Part shown: in pieces, positions 37,536 to 47,044 of the stretch
Position numbering within the stretch: the first letter of the stretch is position 1
How the letters are laid out: the number at the start of each line of letters is the position of its first letter
From: Bacteriovoracia bacterium
GTDB taxonomy: Bacteria; Bdellovibrionota; UBA1018; CAIPTA01
Assembly (NCBI GenBank): GCA_050246755.1
Contig: JBFWVL010000001.1
Coordinates: forward strand, 1,696,001-1,760,000
Direction: 5' to 3'
DNA: 64,000 bases
Translations under genes and position numbers: made by a program
The notes under the pieces: generated by a model
The model's input: the letters and a program-made list of their open reading frames with translations, nothing else
Told to the model about the DNA's origin: nothing
Database searches by the model: none

Positions 37536-39819
37536 GATCCATTTTACTTTTTCGGCCTGTATCGTAGGGGCTTTCGTGGTCACGCTCTTTCTCACCCTCG
37601 CCGGATTTTTCCGCTCGGTGGAAAAAAATTCCGCGATGGGATCGGGAGAAAACCGCATCGTGGCGCAGCTGAAGGGTTTCCAGGAGCAGCTCAAGCAATC
37701 CCAAGAACCGGAAGACGTGAAGCGCAGCCTGAAATCCTTTGATCTTTCCTCGGGCTTTGGCCCCGAGAGCCAGGTAGGGAAAGACCTCCGCAAGGCGTAT
37801 GCGCCCGTGATGACTAATTTTGCGAATAAGCCCCGCGAAGCGGAGGCCCGCTACCTGCTCGGTAAGAAGCGCGAGCTCATGGAAACTTTGGTGAACGCCT
37901 ACCGCAAAGAGATTCCCCGCGGCGACATCCGTCTCCGCGCGATCTACCTGAATATCCTCTTCGATACCCAGAATAGCCTCCTCAACGAAAGCGATGAGAC
38001 CGAGGAAGTATATATCCGCCGCAACAAAGAGCGAATGGCTTCGCTGCGCCCCCTCGTGGCTGGTGCCGGTGATCCCACCCTCGCGCCCCGCGTGGCCGCG
38101 CTCGAATCATTATTCACCAGCTACGAAAAAGCATATAACCAGGCCTCCGAATGGCGCCGGCAGAAAAACGAGTTGCTCGAGCGGGCAGAGAAGGCGATTC
38201 CAAAAACGGCGCACGATCTTTACCAAGCTCAAGATACGGGCACCGAAGACTTCCGCCGTTCCTTCCTCTATTCCTGCGTGCTGGGCCTCCTCGTGGCTTG
38301 CGGTTCGGTAGTGGCTCTGCTTGTGGCGCATAAAATCGCGCGCCTCCAATTTGAGACCCGCAGCGGCGCCCTCGTGGCTTACCTCAAGGAATTCGGACGG
38401 GAGCGCACGGATCCTCAATCGGAAAAAGCCGCGGAGCTACTGCAGGAAGATGCCGATTGGGCCGCGATCTACCAGAAGACCAAGGCGGCCGAGGAGGAGT
38501 TCGTGGTGGAATACCAGACTCACCTCGCGCTCTCTAAATCTCTCGAGCTCCCGTACTTCGTGTTCACCAAAGACCGAGTGGCGAAGCTCTGGAACGCCGA
38601 AGCGGGTGCCTTATTCGGCCTTGAGGCCGGCATGACCCCCTCGATCGACGATTTGATCCACGAAGGACGCATTGCCGTGCGCGAAGGCGAAGTCGGCGTA
38701 CTCACCGAGCTTGTGCGCGGATCCTTCGCGCTGCCGCAAACCGATGCTTTCGAGTTTTTGGTACGAAAGGGTGATGAGCTGATTCCCGTGGAATTGATCT
38801 CTAGCCCCATTGTGAGTGGCCGGGCCGCCGGCGGAAAAGTATATTGCCTGCGCGAGATCCGCAACGAGGCCGCCCGCATCGACCGTGCCGTGGCCGTGCA
38901 GATGGCTCGCGTGCGCGAGTTCGTGCAGAAGGTTTCCAATTTCTATCCCGCCGAGCTCGTTTCGGGCGAAAAAGACTCTCCGGCCGTGCGCGATATGACC
39001 GCCGATCTCAATAACATGAAGCAGAAGATCGACGAGCGCGAGCACCTCTGGAAGAGCGAGACCGGCGCCCTCATCGATCAGATAGAGCGTCAGAAAGAGA
39101 TCCTGCAGAAAATTACCAGCGAGCTTACGGCAATCCGCAAGGGCCACAGCGAGGTTCTCGGCCTCGTGCGTGCCGTGCACACCACCGACGGAGATTTCTT
39201 TTCTGAAGTTTGCACCCTCGAGCGCGACGTGCAGCGCTGGCGGGCCAACCGCACCCACTTGCTTTCGGATCTCGCGAGCTACGAGAAGGTGGTTACCACT
39301 GCCACCACTTATGAGCAGGAACTTCGCGGCGCCACGAAGGAAATGTCTGATTTTCTGAAAGAGTACGAAACCGCCCAGAAAGCTTTGGGCGCCTTCGCGG
39401 ACGAAGCCAAGGTTCGCGCCGTAAACCTGGGCCTTACCGAAGATAGCGCGCAGTGGGAGTATGCCGATCACGCGCGCGCCTACGCCGACTCTCTCCAGCG
39501 ATTCATCGCGAGCACTTCGGAGCTCGTGGCTAAGGTGAACGAGTTCATGCAAAGCCATCCGGCGGGATCCATGGCCGCGCACCTCGGCGGCAAGAAGATC
39601 GATACCTCCCTCCTCGGCACCATCGGCGAGGAACAGGATCGCTTGGCCGAGTTCTTCCAGCGCTGGAAGGAATCGGGGGCAGGCTTGGTAGAAGGCGGGG
39701 AGCAGGCGCTCGGGCTGCTGCAGGCCGTGGATAAGAAGGGTGCCCTGGCCGCCCAGCTCAACGATACCGTGCTGCTCATCAACGAGCAGGCGAAGGGCAA
39801 CCTCAGCCGCTGGAACTAA
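37522..39819 (+). CDS. Degenerate chemoreceptor-like membrane protein (TM-periplasmic-TM-PAS-coiled coil)
   Basis: Two TMs; PAS-like PYFVFTKD....WNAEAGALFG; FADEAKVRAVN...YADHARAYAD resembles the MCP hairpin. Confidence 0.6.
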   Translation: MRASRIHFTFSACIVGAFVVTLFLTLAGFFRSVEKNSAMGSGENRIVAQLKGFQEQLKQSQEPEDVKRSLKSFDLSSGFGPESQVGKDLRKAYAPVMTNFANKPREAEARYLLGKKRELMETLVNAYRKEIPRGDIRLRAIYLNILFDTQNSLLNESDETEEVYIRRNKERMASLRPLVAGAGDPTLAPRVAALESLFTSYEKAYNQASEWRRQKNELLERAEKAIPKTAHDLYQAQDTGTEDFRRSFLYSCVLGLLVACGSVVALLVAHKIARLQFETRSGALVAYLKEFGRERTDPQSEKAAELLQEDADWAAIYQKTKAAEEEFVVEYQTHLALSKSLELPYFVFTKDRVAKLWNAEAGALFGLEAGMTPSIDDLIHEGRIAVREGEVGVLTELVRGSFALPQTDAFEFLVRKGDELIPVELISSPIVSGRAAGGKVYCLREIRNEAARIDRAVAVQMARVREFVQKVSNFYPAELVSGEKDSPAVRDMTADLNNMKQKIDEREHLWKSETGALIDQIERQKEILQKITSELTAIRKGHSEVLGLVRAVHTTDGDFFSEVCTLERDVQRWRANRTHLLSDLASYEKVVTTATTYEQELRGATKEMSDFLKEYETAQKALGAFADEAKVRAVNLGLTEDSAQWEYADHARAYADSLQRFIASTSELVAKVNEFMQSHPAGSMAAHLGGKKIDTSLLGTIGEEQDRLAEFFQRWKESGAGLVEGGEQALGLLQAVDKKGALAAQLNDTVLLINEQAKGNLSRWN

Positions 39820-40438
39820 GCAGGGCTTCTAATTTTTGGAGAATTTCTTGGGCATTTCCGTGCAAGGAGCTCTCATCGGTTTCATTCGCAATTAGATAAT
39901 CCGCGCGCTTCATCTTTTCGGCCTGGGGCATCTGGCTCCGCAAAAGTTTCTCGGCCTGTTCTTTTGAGCAATGATCCCGCTTCATGGTGCGCTCGATACG
40001 CACTTCGTCGGGAGCATGCACCGTGATCACCAGATCGAGTTGCTTCTCGGATTTTGCTTCAAAAAGCAAAGGAGCTTCGTAGAACACGATTTTTTTTCCC
40101 GAAGCAAACAAGGCGTCCGCTTTTTCTTTCGAGAGGGCCTGAATTTTCGGGTGCATGATGGCCTCTAGCTTCAGCCGCAGCGCGGGATCGCGGGTGATTT
40201 CCGCGCGCATAAAGCCCCGGTCCAGCGAACCATCGGCCGCGATCGCGCGTGCGCCAAAAACGTTTTGGATTTCTCCTAAAGCGGGGCCACCTGGTTGCGT
40301 GAGCTCCCGATTGATTTCGTCGGCGCTGAGCACGGGATACCCGGCTTCCGCGAAAAAACGGCTCACGGTGGATTTTCCCGAGCCGATTCCCCCGGTAATA
40401 CCCACCCAAAGGTGTTTAGGCTTGGCTTCTTTTTTCAT
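39803..40438 (-). CDS. coaE: Dephospho-CoA kinase
   Basis: GITGGIGSGKSTV, LEAIMHP, EAPLLFE. Confidence 0.96.
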   Translation of the reverse strand: MKKEAKPKHLWVGITGGIGSGKSTVSRFFAEAGYPVLSADEINRELTQPGGPALGEIQNVFGARAIAADGSLDRGFMRAEITRDPALRLKLEAIMHPKIQALSKEKADALFASGKKIVFYEAPLLFEAKSEKQLDLVITVHAPDEVRIERTMKRDHCSKEQAEKLLRSQMPQAEKMKRADYLIANETDESSLHGNAQEILQKLEALLSSSG

Positions 40439-40529
40439 CACTACACGCTAGCCTCGCAGAAGGTGCTTCGGTAAGCCCCGGAGAATGCCGATACATATGA
40501 TACTATAGAAGAATTAGGCCAAATTTACT

Positions 40530-43103
40530 ATGCCGGACCAAACACCAAATTCGCGAAATGAAAAGCCCTCGCGCTCCGTGCTCGAAACGGACCATCCTGT
40601 TTTCGGCAAAGTGAAGCGTGAGTTGCCGATGCTTCAGCCGCGCATGCTCTCGGCGAAGCACCCTCATATCCAGAAGCTGCGCGAGTGGGCTAGCTCCGCA
40701 TTGTTTATTCGCGTGGGCCTGATTTTCGCTGCCGCTTCCATCCTGAGCTTTTTCATTTACCGCCAGATCACCGATCCCTTTCTCGATTATAAATTGAATG
40801 ATGTGGCTCAGCGCCATTTGATCGCCCAGCGCACCATGGAAATGGTGGACGAAGAAACCACCGAGGCGAAACGGAAGTCGGCCACCGAGGCGATTCTCTC
40901 TGTCTACGACTACGATCGCCGTATTCCCGGGCTCGTACGCGGCCGCATCGCCCAGGCATTCCTGCAGATGCGGCGCCAGCACCAGGACGTGGTGAGCCTC
41001 GCGAATCGCCGTAATATTTCTCCGGAAGAGCTGGATAAATCGGAGAGCTTTCTAAGCGCCAAGAAAACGTTTTCGGAAATTACCGAGGTAGACGTATCCG
41101 ACGCCCAGTTCGTGGGCTTGGCCCGCACGGGCTTCAATCCCCGGGTGGAAAAAATCCTAACCCACCTGCTGGCCGACGTGAACCTGAACCTCATCGTATC
41201 GAACCGGGAGCTCCTTAAAAGCGAGATCGGCAAAGGCATTACCTTGAATCGCATCGACGCCGGAGTAGAGGGCCGCACCGAGCTGGTATTCCATAATATC
41301 GGCGCCATCATCGACGTGGAAACCGCCCGTGCGGATCTGGAGGCCAAGGCCAAGGCGATGTTCGATACTCCACAAAACCAGGCCTACGCTCCGCAGGCCG
41401 AAAAAATTATCGCGGTGGCCAAGCGCTTCGTGGTGCCGAACCTGACCCTGAATCGCCAGGAAACCGAGCGCCGCCGCAAGGCCGTGATGGACGAGATCAA
41501 GCCCGTGCTCGTGAAGATCAACAAGGGCGAAAGCATCGTGAAGTACCAGGAAACGATCAATAAGCGCCACCTCGCGATCTTGAAGCAGATGGAGCGCAAC
41601 TCGCAGAGCGATAATTCCCGCTTCCAGTTTTTCTTCACTACGATCTTCCTCTCCCTGCTGATCTATTCGCTGGTGGCTTTTCTTTCCGGAGGAATGGCGG
41701 CGTTCAAACTGAGCTGGCAGGATTTTCTGGCCCTCTCCATGCTGATGGTGGCCACGATCTTGCTGATCAAAGGATTGCAGTTCATCGTGGCGGAAGCTTT
41801 GCTCGAGCGCATCCCGCAGCTGCCCTTCGATTTCTATTATTACCTCGTGCCGGTGGCCGCCGGGCCCGTGATCGTGCGCATGCTGATGGATAAAGAGCCG
41901 GCATTAATTTTCTCGGTAGTGCTTTCGATCGTGGGCGGGATCCTGCTCGAGCGAAACTTCTTCTACGCCGCTTATATCTTAAGCTCTTCCTTGATTGCGG
42001 CGCAGCTCGCCCACACGATCAAGACCCGCTCCGTGATCTACCGCGCCGGTATTCTCACGGGGATCGCGAACGTGGCCATGATCACCTGCATTATCGCCAA
42101 TACCCGCAACGCCGCTTCCCTCAGCATGCTTTGGCAGGATATCGGGTGGATCGCCTGGGCCGGATTGCTCTCGGGGCTTTTCATGTCGATGATCGTGGTT
42201 TCGCTGGTTCCCCTCGTGGAATTAATTTCCGGGCGCACTAGTGATCTGCGTTTGCTCGAGCTCGCGAATATGAACCACCCTCTTTTAAGGGATTTGATGG
42301 TGAAGGCCCCCGGCACCTACCATCATTGCATCGTGATCGGCTCCCTCGTGGAGGCCGCCGCCGAAGCGATCGGCGCTAATCCACTGATGGCGCGCGTGAT
42401 GGCTTACTACCACGACGTGGGCAAGACCGAGCGTCCGCTTTATTTCATCGAGAATCAGGGTGGGGGATATAATCGCCACGATGGATTGCAGCCGCATATG
42501 AGCGCGATGATCATCCGGGAACACGTGAAGCGCGGCCAGGAATTGGGCAAGAAGCATAAATTGCCTCAGCCCCTGATCGATGCGATGAGCGAACACCACG
42601 GCTCTTCCACCATCGCGTATTTTTATAATAAAGCTCGCTCCCAGGCCGAGGATCCCGAGTCCGTGCTCGAGAGCGACTATAAATACGACGGCACCAAGCC
42701 CCAGTCCAAGGAGACCGCGCTCGTGATGCTCGGCGATGTGGTAGAAGCCGCCACCCGTTCCGTGGCCGACCCCACGCCGCTCCGCCTCAATGGCGTAGTG
42801 AAAAATATCCTCAATAAATATTTCGCTGAGGGCCAGCTCTCGGAATGTAACCTCACGCTCCGCGATCTCGATTTGATCGCCAAGAGTTTTCTCGACGTAT
42901 TGCTCGGGATCTACCACGCCCGGATCGAATACGGAGTGCCTTCCATCCGCGACGGTGCTAAAAAGAGGAATGCCAATTCGGATCAAAAAGGAAGTGCGCG
43001 GTCACCAGGCGGAAGCGGAGTGGGTCCTTCGCCGAGCGCGGCGCCATATACGAAGCCTTTCCCGGTGCCGGGTTCCGGCGGCGGCGGCTCTAAAAAAAGC
43101 TGA
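40530..43103 (+). CDS. 7TM-HD family phosphohydrolase (PgpH/YqfF-like)
   Basis: Extracytoplasmic domain, 7 TMs, APGTYHH, YYHDVGK, YFIENQ, EHHG. Confidence 0.92.
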   Translation: MPDQTPNSRNEKPSRSVLETDHPVFGKVKRELPMLQPRMLSAKHPHIQKLREWASSALFIRVGLIFAAASILSFFIYRQITDPFLDYKLNDVAQRHLIAQRTMEMVDEETTEAKRKSATEAILSVYDYDRRIPGLVRGRIAQAFLQMRRQHQDVVSLANRRNISPEELDKSESFLSAKKTFSEITEVDVSDAQFVGLARTGFNPRVEKILTHLLADVNLNLIVSNRELLKSEIGKGITLNRIDAGVEGRTELVFHNIGAIIDVETARADLEAKAKAMFDTPQNQAYAPQAEKIIAVAKRFVVPNLTLNRQETERRRKAVMDEIKPVLVKINKGESIVKYQETINKRHLAILKQMERNSQSDNSRFQFFFTTIFLSLLIYSLVAFLSGGMAAFKLSWQDFLALSMLMVATILLIKGLQFIVAEALLERIPQLPFDFYYYLVPVAAGPVIVRMLMDKEPALIFSVVLSIVGGILLERNFFYAAYILSSSLIAAQLAHTIKTRSVIYRAGILTGIANVAMITCIIANTRNAASLSMLWQDIGWIAWAGLLSGLFMSMIVVSLVPLVELISGRTSDLRLLELANMNHPLLRDLMVKAPGTYHHCIVIGSLVEAAAEAIGANPLMARVMAYYHDVGKTERPLYFIENQGGGYNRHDGLQPHMSAMIIREHVKRGQELGKKHKLPQPLIDAMSEHHGSSTIAYFYNKARSQAEDPESVLESDYKYDGTKPQSKETALVMLGDVVEAATRSVADPTPLRLNGVVKNILNKYFAEGQLSECNLTLRDLDLIAKSFLDVLLGIYHARIEYGVPSIRDGAKKRNANSDQKGSARSPGGSGVGPSPSAAPYTKPFPVPGSGGGGSKKS

Positions 43104-43449
43104 GCTCTCCATTGTTCTCGTAAACGATAGGTCCATTCAAGCCCTCAACTTTCAGTGGCGTAAGAAAAATAAAGCCACCGACGTGCTTTCATTCCCCCAA
43201 ATGACGGTGCCAGAATTAAAAAAAACTAGCGGGGAGGTAGCGCTGGGCGACGTGGTGATCAGCGTAGAAACTGCGGCCGTTCAAGCTAAAGAGCGGGGCC
43301 ATAGCCTCAAGAAAGAGCTCGATATCCTGCTCGTGCACGGAATTTTGCACCTTCTCGGCTATGACCATGAGTATTCAAAGTCGGAATCTCTGCGCATGCG
43401 CCGCATGGAAAAGAAGATTCTCGGCCACCAAGGGCTGATCGTCCGCTAA
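42970..43449 (+). CDS. ybeY: rRNA maturation endoribonuclease YbeY
   Basis: TDVLSFP, LGDVVIS, HGILHLLGYDH; AGAGG SD before ATG 42970. Confidence 0.95.
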   Translation: MPIRIKKEVRGHQAEAEWVLRRARRHIRSLSRCRVPAAAALKKAELSIVLVNDRSIQALNFQWRKKNKATDVLSFPQMTVPELKKTSGEVALGDVVISVETAAVQAKERGHSLKKELDILLVHGILHLLGYDHEYSKSESLRMRRMEKKILGHQGLIVR

Positions 43450-43467
43450 ATAGCTGATCTAATACGC

Positions 43468-43497
43468 TTGACACGGTAGTACGTGCCTTGTCACACT
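43468..43497 (+). promoter_or_regulatory. Putative sigma70 promoter with overlapping inverted repeat
   Basis: TTGACA-N18-CACACT-N6-ATG; TGACAcGG...CCtTGTCA. Confidence 0.5.
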
Positions 43498-43503
43498 ATT
43501 GCC

Positions 43504-44061
43504 ATGATGGATCGCTCTTCTCCCGAAATTCAGGTGCCGCGCCAAATCATGACCTCGCGCCCATCCCGGGACGGCCACTGGCTTAAGCGCCTCGTGGACA
43601 ATGAGAGCGAGCTCCTGCGCACTGGCGCCGGCGATTTCATCAGTCACCAGGATCACCGAAAAGTAGTGGAAGAAGCTTCCCTCGAGTTCATGCAGCAGAT
43701 CAAAGAAGAGTTCCTTAACTGCGTGGACCTTTTCAATTCCTACCGCGGCGGATCTCATCTCCCGAACTCGGTGAAGATTTTCAATATTTCGAATACCGCG
43801 GCCGATTTCATCATCTTCCGCAATACGCTCAAGCTCGTGATCTCGAACCCGGCCCTCGGCGTGATCAACTGCTCTTTCGTGAACCGCGCGAATACCTTCA
43901 CCAAGGCGCCGGTGAAATCGAAAAAAGAAGGCTACGATCTGATCGCGCAGCTGTATCCCTTCAATGATCTCGCCTGGACTTTCCACGGTGAGCGCGTGAA
44001 CGTAGAGGCCGTGGTGCGCTACTTATTCACCGATTTCGTGAAATCTTCCGCTATTTTCTAG
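43504..44061 (+). CDS. Hypothetical cytoplasmic protein
   Basis: Host-like codon usage, globular-looking sequence; no family recognised. Confidence 0.75.
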   Translation: MMDRSSPEIQVPRQIMTSRPSRDGHWLKRLVDNESELLRTGAGDFISHQDHRKVVEEASLEFMQQIKEEFLNCVDLFNSYRGGSHLPNSVKIFNISNTAADFIIFRNTLKLVISNPALGVINCSFVNRANTFTKAPVKSKKEGYDLIAQLYPFNDLAWTFHGERVNVEAVVRYLFTDFVKSSAIF

Positions 44062-44089
44062 CGCTTGCCTCCGGCGTCGAGGGCGAAAA

Positions 44090-45034
44090 TTACGCCCCTA
44101 GGCTCTTCACCGCTTTATCCCATTTTTCCAGGCCCAGCCCTGGGCTGAGGTCGGCGAGCAGATTCAGGTAGAGTTGCGCTTTCGTCTCGCATTTCCAGGT
44201 GGGGAAAGACTTCGTGAATAGGTCGGAGTTCAGCGAAGTATCGCGCGTCCATTCGTCGCTGGGCGTTTTCACGGTCACGCTATCTTTACCGATCACGCGC
44301 AGCCATCCCTTCAGAAAATCGTATTCGCTCAGGGCGGGCCCACCGAGGTGAAACGTGCGGTGCTTGCCGGGAAAGGGGCCGGTGAGCGCCTGGTGGAGCG
44401 CATGCGTGAGCGAGCGGGTGGAGATATAGCTATGGATGCGCTTCTTCTGGCCCTGCATCGCTTCGCCCTTCGCGCACCGCACGCGGATGCGATCGAAGCT
44501 GCTGAGGCGGTAGGGGTGACCGACTCCCACTACGTGGCCCACGCGGAAGATCGTGCTTTCGAGGGTTTGCGCGCGAATATAGCTATGGGCCGTAATTTTT
44601 TGTTTGCCGAGAGTATCATCGAGGGTGAAAGAGGTATCCTCCTCGGAATAATTTCCAGTTTCCCCGTCGTACACATCCGCGCAGCTGAGGTGCAGGAACT
44701 GCGCGCGCAGCTTGGACGCGAGCACCGCGAGCGAAACGGGCAGAACCACGTTCATGTTATCGCTGATCTTGGGGTGTTCATGGATCTGTTTACGATCGGT
44801 GATGCCCATGCAGTTGACGATGAAGTCGGGTTCCTGCATGCGGATCACGGTCTCGAGCATCTCGAGATTTTTTAGGCTAACGGGGTAAATCTGGGTATTG
44901 GGAAAAAAAACCCTATTGTCGAAGTAGCAGCCGGAAACCAGAAAGTCGGCGTTTAGGCGGCGGGCGAGGTGGTAGCCGATGAGGCCGCTTACGCCCACGA
45001 TGAAAACCTTCTGCTTTCGCACGAATCCCGCCAT
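44090..45034 (-). CDS. RmlD-like (dTDP-4-dehydrorhamnose reductase family) extended SDR
   Basis: GVSGLIG, PDFIVNC, HLSCADVYDG..G.YSEED. Confidence 0.85.
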   Translation of the reverse strand: MAGFVRKQKVFIVGVSGLIGYHLARRLNADFLVSGCYFDNRVFFPNTQIYPVSLKNLEMLETVIRMQEPDFIVNCMGITDRKQIHEHPKISDNMNVVLPVSLAVLASKLRAQFLHLSCADVYDGETGNYSEEDTSFTLDDTLGKQKITAHSYIRAQTLESTIFRVGHVVGVGHPYRLSSFDRIRVRCAKGEAMQGQKKRIHSYISTRSLTHALHQALTGPFPGKHRTFHLGGPALSEYDFLKGWLRVIGKDSVTVKTPSDEWTRDTSLNSDLFTKSFPTWKCETKAQLYLNLLADLSPGLGLEKWDKAVKSLGA

Positions 45035-45060
45035 GAGAATATTCTACTGCCCGCAAGGGC

Positions 45061-45092
45061 AAAAAAATAGGGGTGGGAAAGATTCCCACCCC
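45061..45092 (-). terminator. Intrinsic terminator after flagellin
   Basis: GGGGTGGGAA/TTCCCACCCC stem with minus-strand T-run. Confidence 0.8.
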
Positions 45093-45115
45093 CTTTAGAG
45101 TACGTTGGTTCGAAC

Positions 45116-45946
45116 TTAGGCGAGCAGCTTCAGCGCCATCTGTTGCGACGAATTGGCGTGACCCAATACCGCTACACCAGCTTGCTGGAGGATTTGCTGT
45201 TTCACTAGTTCCGAGCTCTCTTCGGCGATGTCGGTATCACGGATACGAGAGTTCGCGGCCGAGAGGTTTTCATCGTAGATGGAGAGGTTGCTCACCGTGG
45301 AGGCCAAGCGGTTCTGCATGGCACCAAGGGTAGAACGTACTTCGTTTACGCGCTTCAAGCCGGAGTCAATTTTCGAAAGCGAATTTTGGGCTCCTAGTTT
45401 AGATATTACCGAGTCTTGACCGATTCCCAAGGATTCAACCCGGGCGTCGGCAAATTTGGTATCGTAGCTCAAGCGATCGTTAGCCGTGTTATTCACACCC
45501 ACTTGGATATCGATCGGTTGTTCACGTCCGCTCAAGAGCGGAATACCGTTGAAGTTCGTGGATTCGGAGATCCGCTGAATTTCCTGTTTTAACGATTGGA
45601 ATTCGCGGTCCGTGAAGGCTCTTTCCGTGTCACCGATCGTATCAGATGCAGCTTGGATCGATAGTTCGCGGAGACGAACAAGAATGTTCGATACTTCGTT
45701 GAGACCACCTTCCGTTACCTGTACGAGGGAGATACCGTCGGATGCGTTACGCTTCGCTTGGCGCAAGCCGCGGATCTGAGCTTTCAAGTTTTCAGAGATC
45801 GCGAGCCCCGCAGCGTCGTCACCGGCTTTGTTGATCCGGTTACCGCTAGAGAGTCGCTCGAGGGATTTCTGCGTGGAGTCGGTGCTGCTAGTGAGCATTC
45901 GACGCGCATTGATCGCCGCGATATTTGTATTAATTCTAAGTCCCAT
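45116..45946 (-). CDS. fliC: Flagellin (276 aa)
   Basis: RINTN, ERLSSG.RINKAGDDAAGLAI, LGAMQNRL, SRIRDTD. Confidence 0.97.
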   Translation of the reverse strand: MGLRINTNIAAINARRMLTSSTDSTQKSLERLSSGNRINKAGDDAAGLAISENLKAQIRGLRQAKRNASDGISLVQVTEGGLNEVSNILVRLRELSIQAASDTIGDTERAFTDREFQSLKQEIQRISESTNFNGIPLLSGREQPIDIQVGVNNTANDRLSYDTKFADARVESLGIGQDSVISKLGAQNSLSKIDSGLKRVNEVRSTLGAMQNRLASTVSNLSIYDENLSAANSRIRDTDIAEESSELVKQQILQQAGVAVLGHANSSQQMALKLLA

Positions 45947-46065
45947 TTTCTTATCCTTCCGTGGTCATCTTTCTATCCTCCGTGAATAGCTTCTCTCTAT
46001 GTAGAAAAGCACAGCATCCTGCTGTTGATGGTTTCTATCAGTTTTTGACTCGCCCAAATAAAGTC

Positions 46066-46090
46066 GGTTCCGGTCATTAAGACCGGAACC
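46066..46090 (-). terminator. Hairpin between the two flagellins
   Basis: GGTTCCGGTC-ATTAA-GACCGGAACC perfect 10-bp stem. Confidence 0.65.
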
Positions 46091-46198
46091 TTCCGCAGGA
46101 AACAGGGCGCAACTTTAACATCGCGTTTTTATGGCTTCGTTCGCTTCAGCTTGGTAACTCAACTAGTACAGGCCAAAATCTTTCATAAGCTTCATCCT

Positions 46199-47044
46199 TT
46201 AGTGTTGCATCGCGCTTAGGAGCTGCAAGGCTCCGGCGCCGCTATTGTTCGCTTGCGCTAGTACCGAGGTACCAGCCTGGGCGAGGATGTTCTGCTTCGT
46301 GAGTTCTGCCGTCTCTTCCGCCATATCCGTGTCACGGATGCGGGAGTTAGCGGCCGAGAGGTTCTCGATCGCGATGCCGGCGTTATTAATCGTGCTTTGT
46401 AGGCGGTTTTGCATGGCGCCGAAGTCCGCGCGAATCGCCGACACGCCCTGAATGGCTTTGTCGATGAAAGAGAGCGAGGCTTGGGCTCCGTTTTTGTCCA
46501 AAACGCTGGTGAGATTCAATCCGAGAGCGGTAGAGCTCACGTTCGTGGCGCTCGGATCGAAGGTGATCCGGTCGATGGTGGGATTATTTCCCACGCCCAC
46601 TTGGATATCGATCACGCCGCCGCCGCCATTGAGCAGGGGCACGCGGTTGAATTCGGTAGAGTTCGAAATACGGTCGATCTCGGAAAGAAGGGCTTCGTAT
46701 TCTACGTTCAAGAATCTGCGTTCGGAAGCGCCGATGGTATCGGATGCGGCTTGCACCGAAAGTTCGCGCAGGCGGATCATGATATTGGAGATCTCGGTGA
46801 GCCCGCCCTCCGCTACCTGAACCATGGAGATACCGTCTTGAGAATTTCGCTCGGCTTGTTTCATGCCGCGGATCTGAGCCTTCAGGCTCTCGGAGATGGC
46901 GAGGCCGGCGGCGTCGTCGCCCGCGCGGTTGATGCGGCTACCGGAAGATAGACGCTCTAAGGATTTATCGAGTGACAGTCTCGTTTGACGCAGGCTTCTT
47001 TGCGCGTTCACTGAGGCCACGTTTGTATTAATTCTTAAACCCAT
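46199..47044 (-). CDS. fliC: Flagellin (281 aa)
   Basis: Same conserved flagellin N- and C-terminal motifs. Confidence 0.97.
   Translation of the reverse strand: MGLRINTNVASVNAQRSLRQTRLSLDKSLERLSSGSRINRAGDDAAGLAISESLKAQIRGMKQAERNSQDGISMVQVAEGGLTEISNIMIRLRELSVQAASDTIGASERRFLNVEYEALLSEIDRISNSTEFNRVPLLNGGGGVIDIQVGVGNNPTIDRITFDPSATNVSSTALGLNLTSVLDKNGAQASLSFIDKAIQGVSAIRADFGAMQNRLQSTINNAGIAIENLSAANSRIRDTDMAEETAELTKQNILAQAGTSVLAQANNSGAGALQLLSAMQH

Noticed and set aside
40467-40494. Sigma28 promoter for the HD gene (GCCGATAC)
   Set aside because: Good -10 but no -35 at the right spacing; not called.
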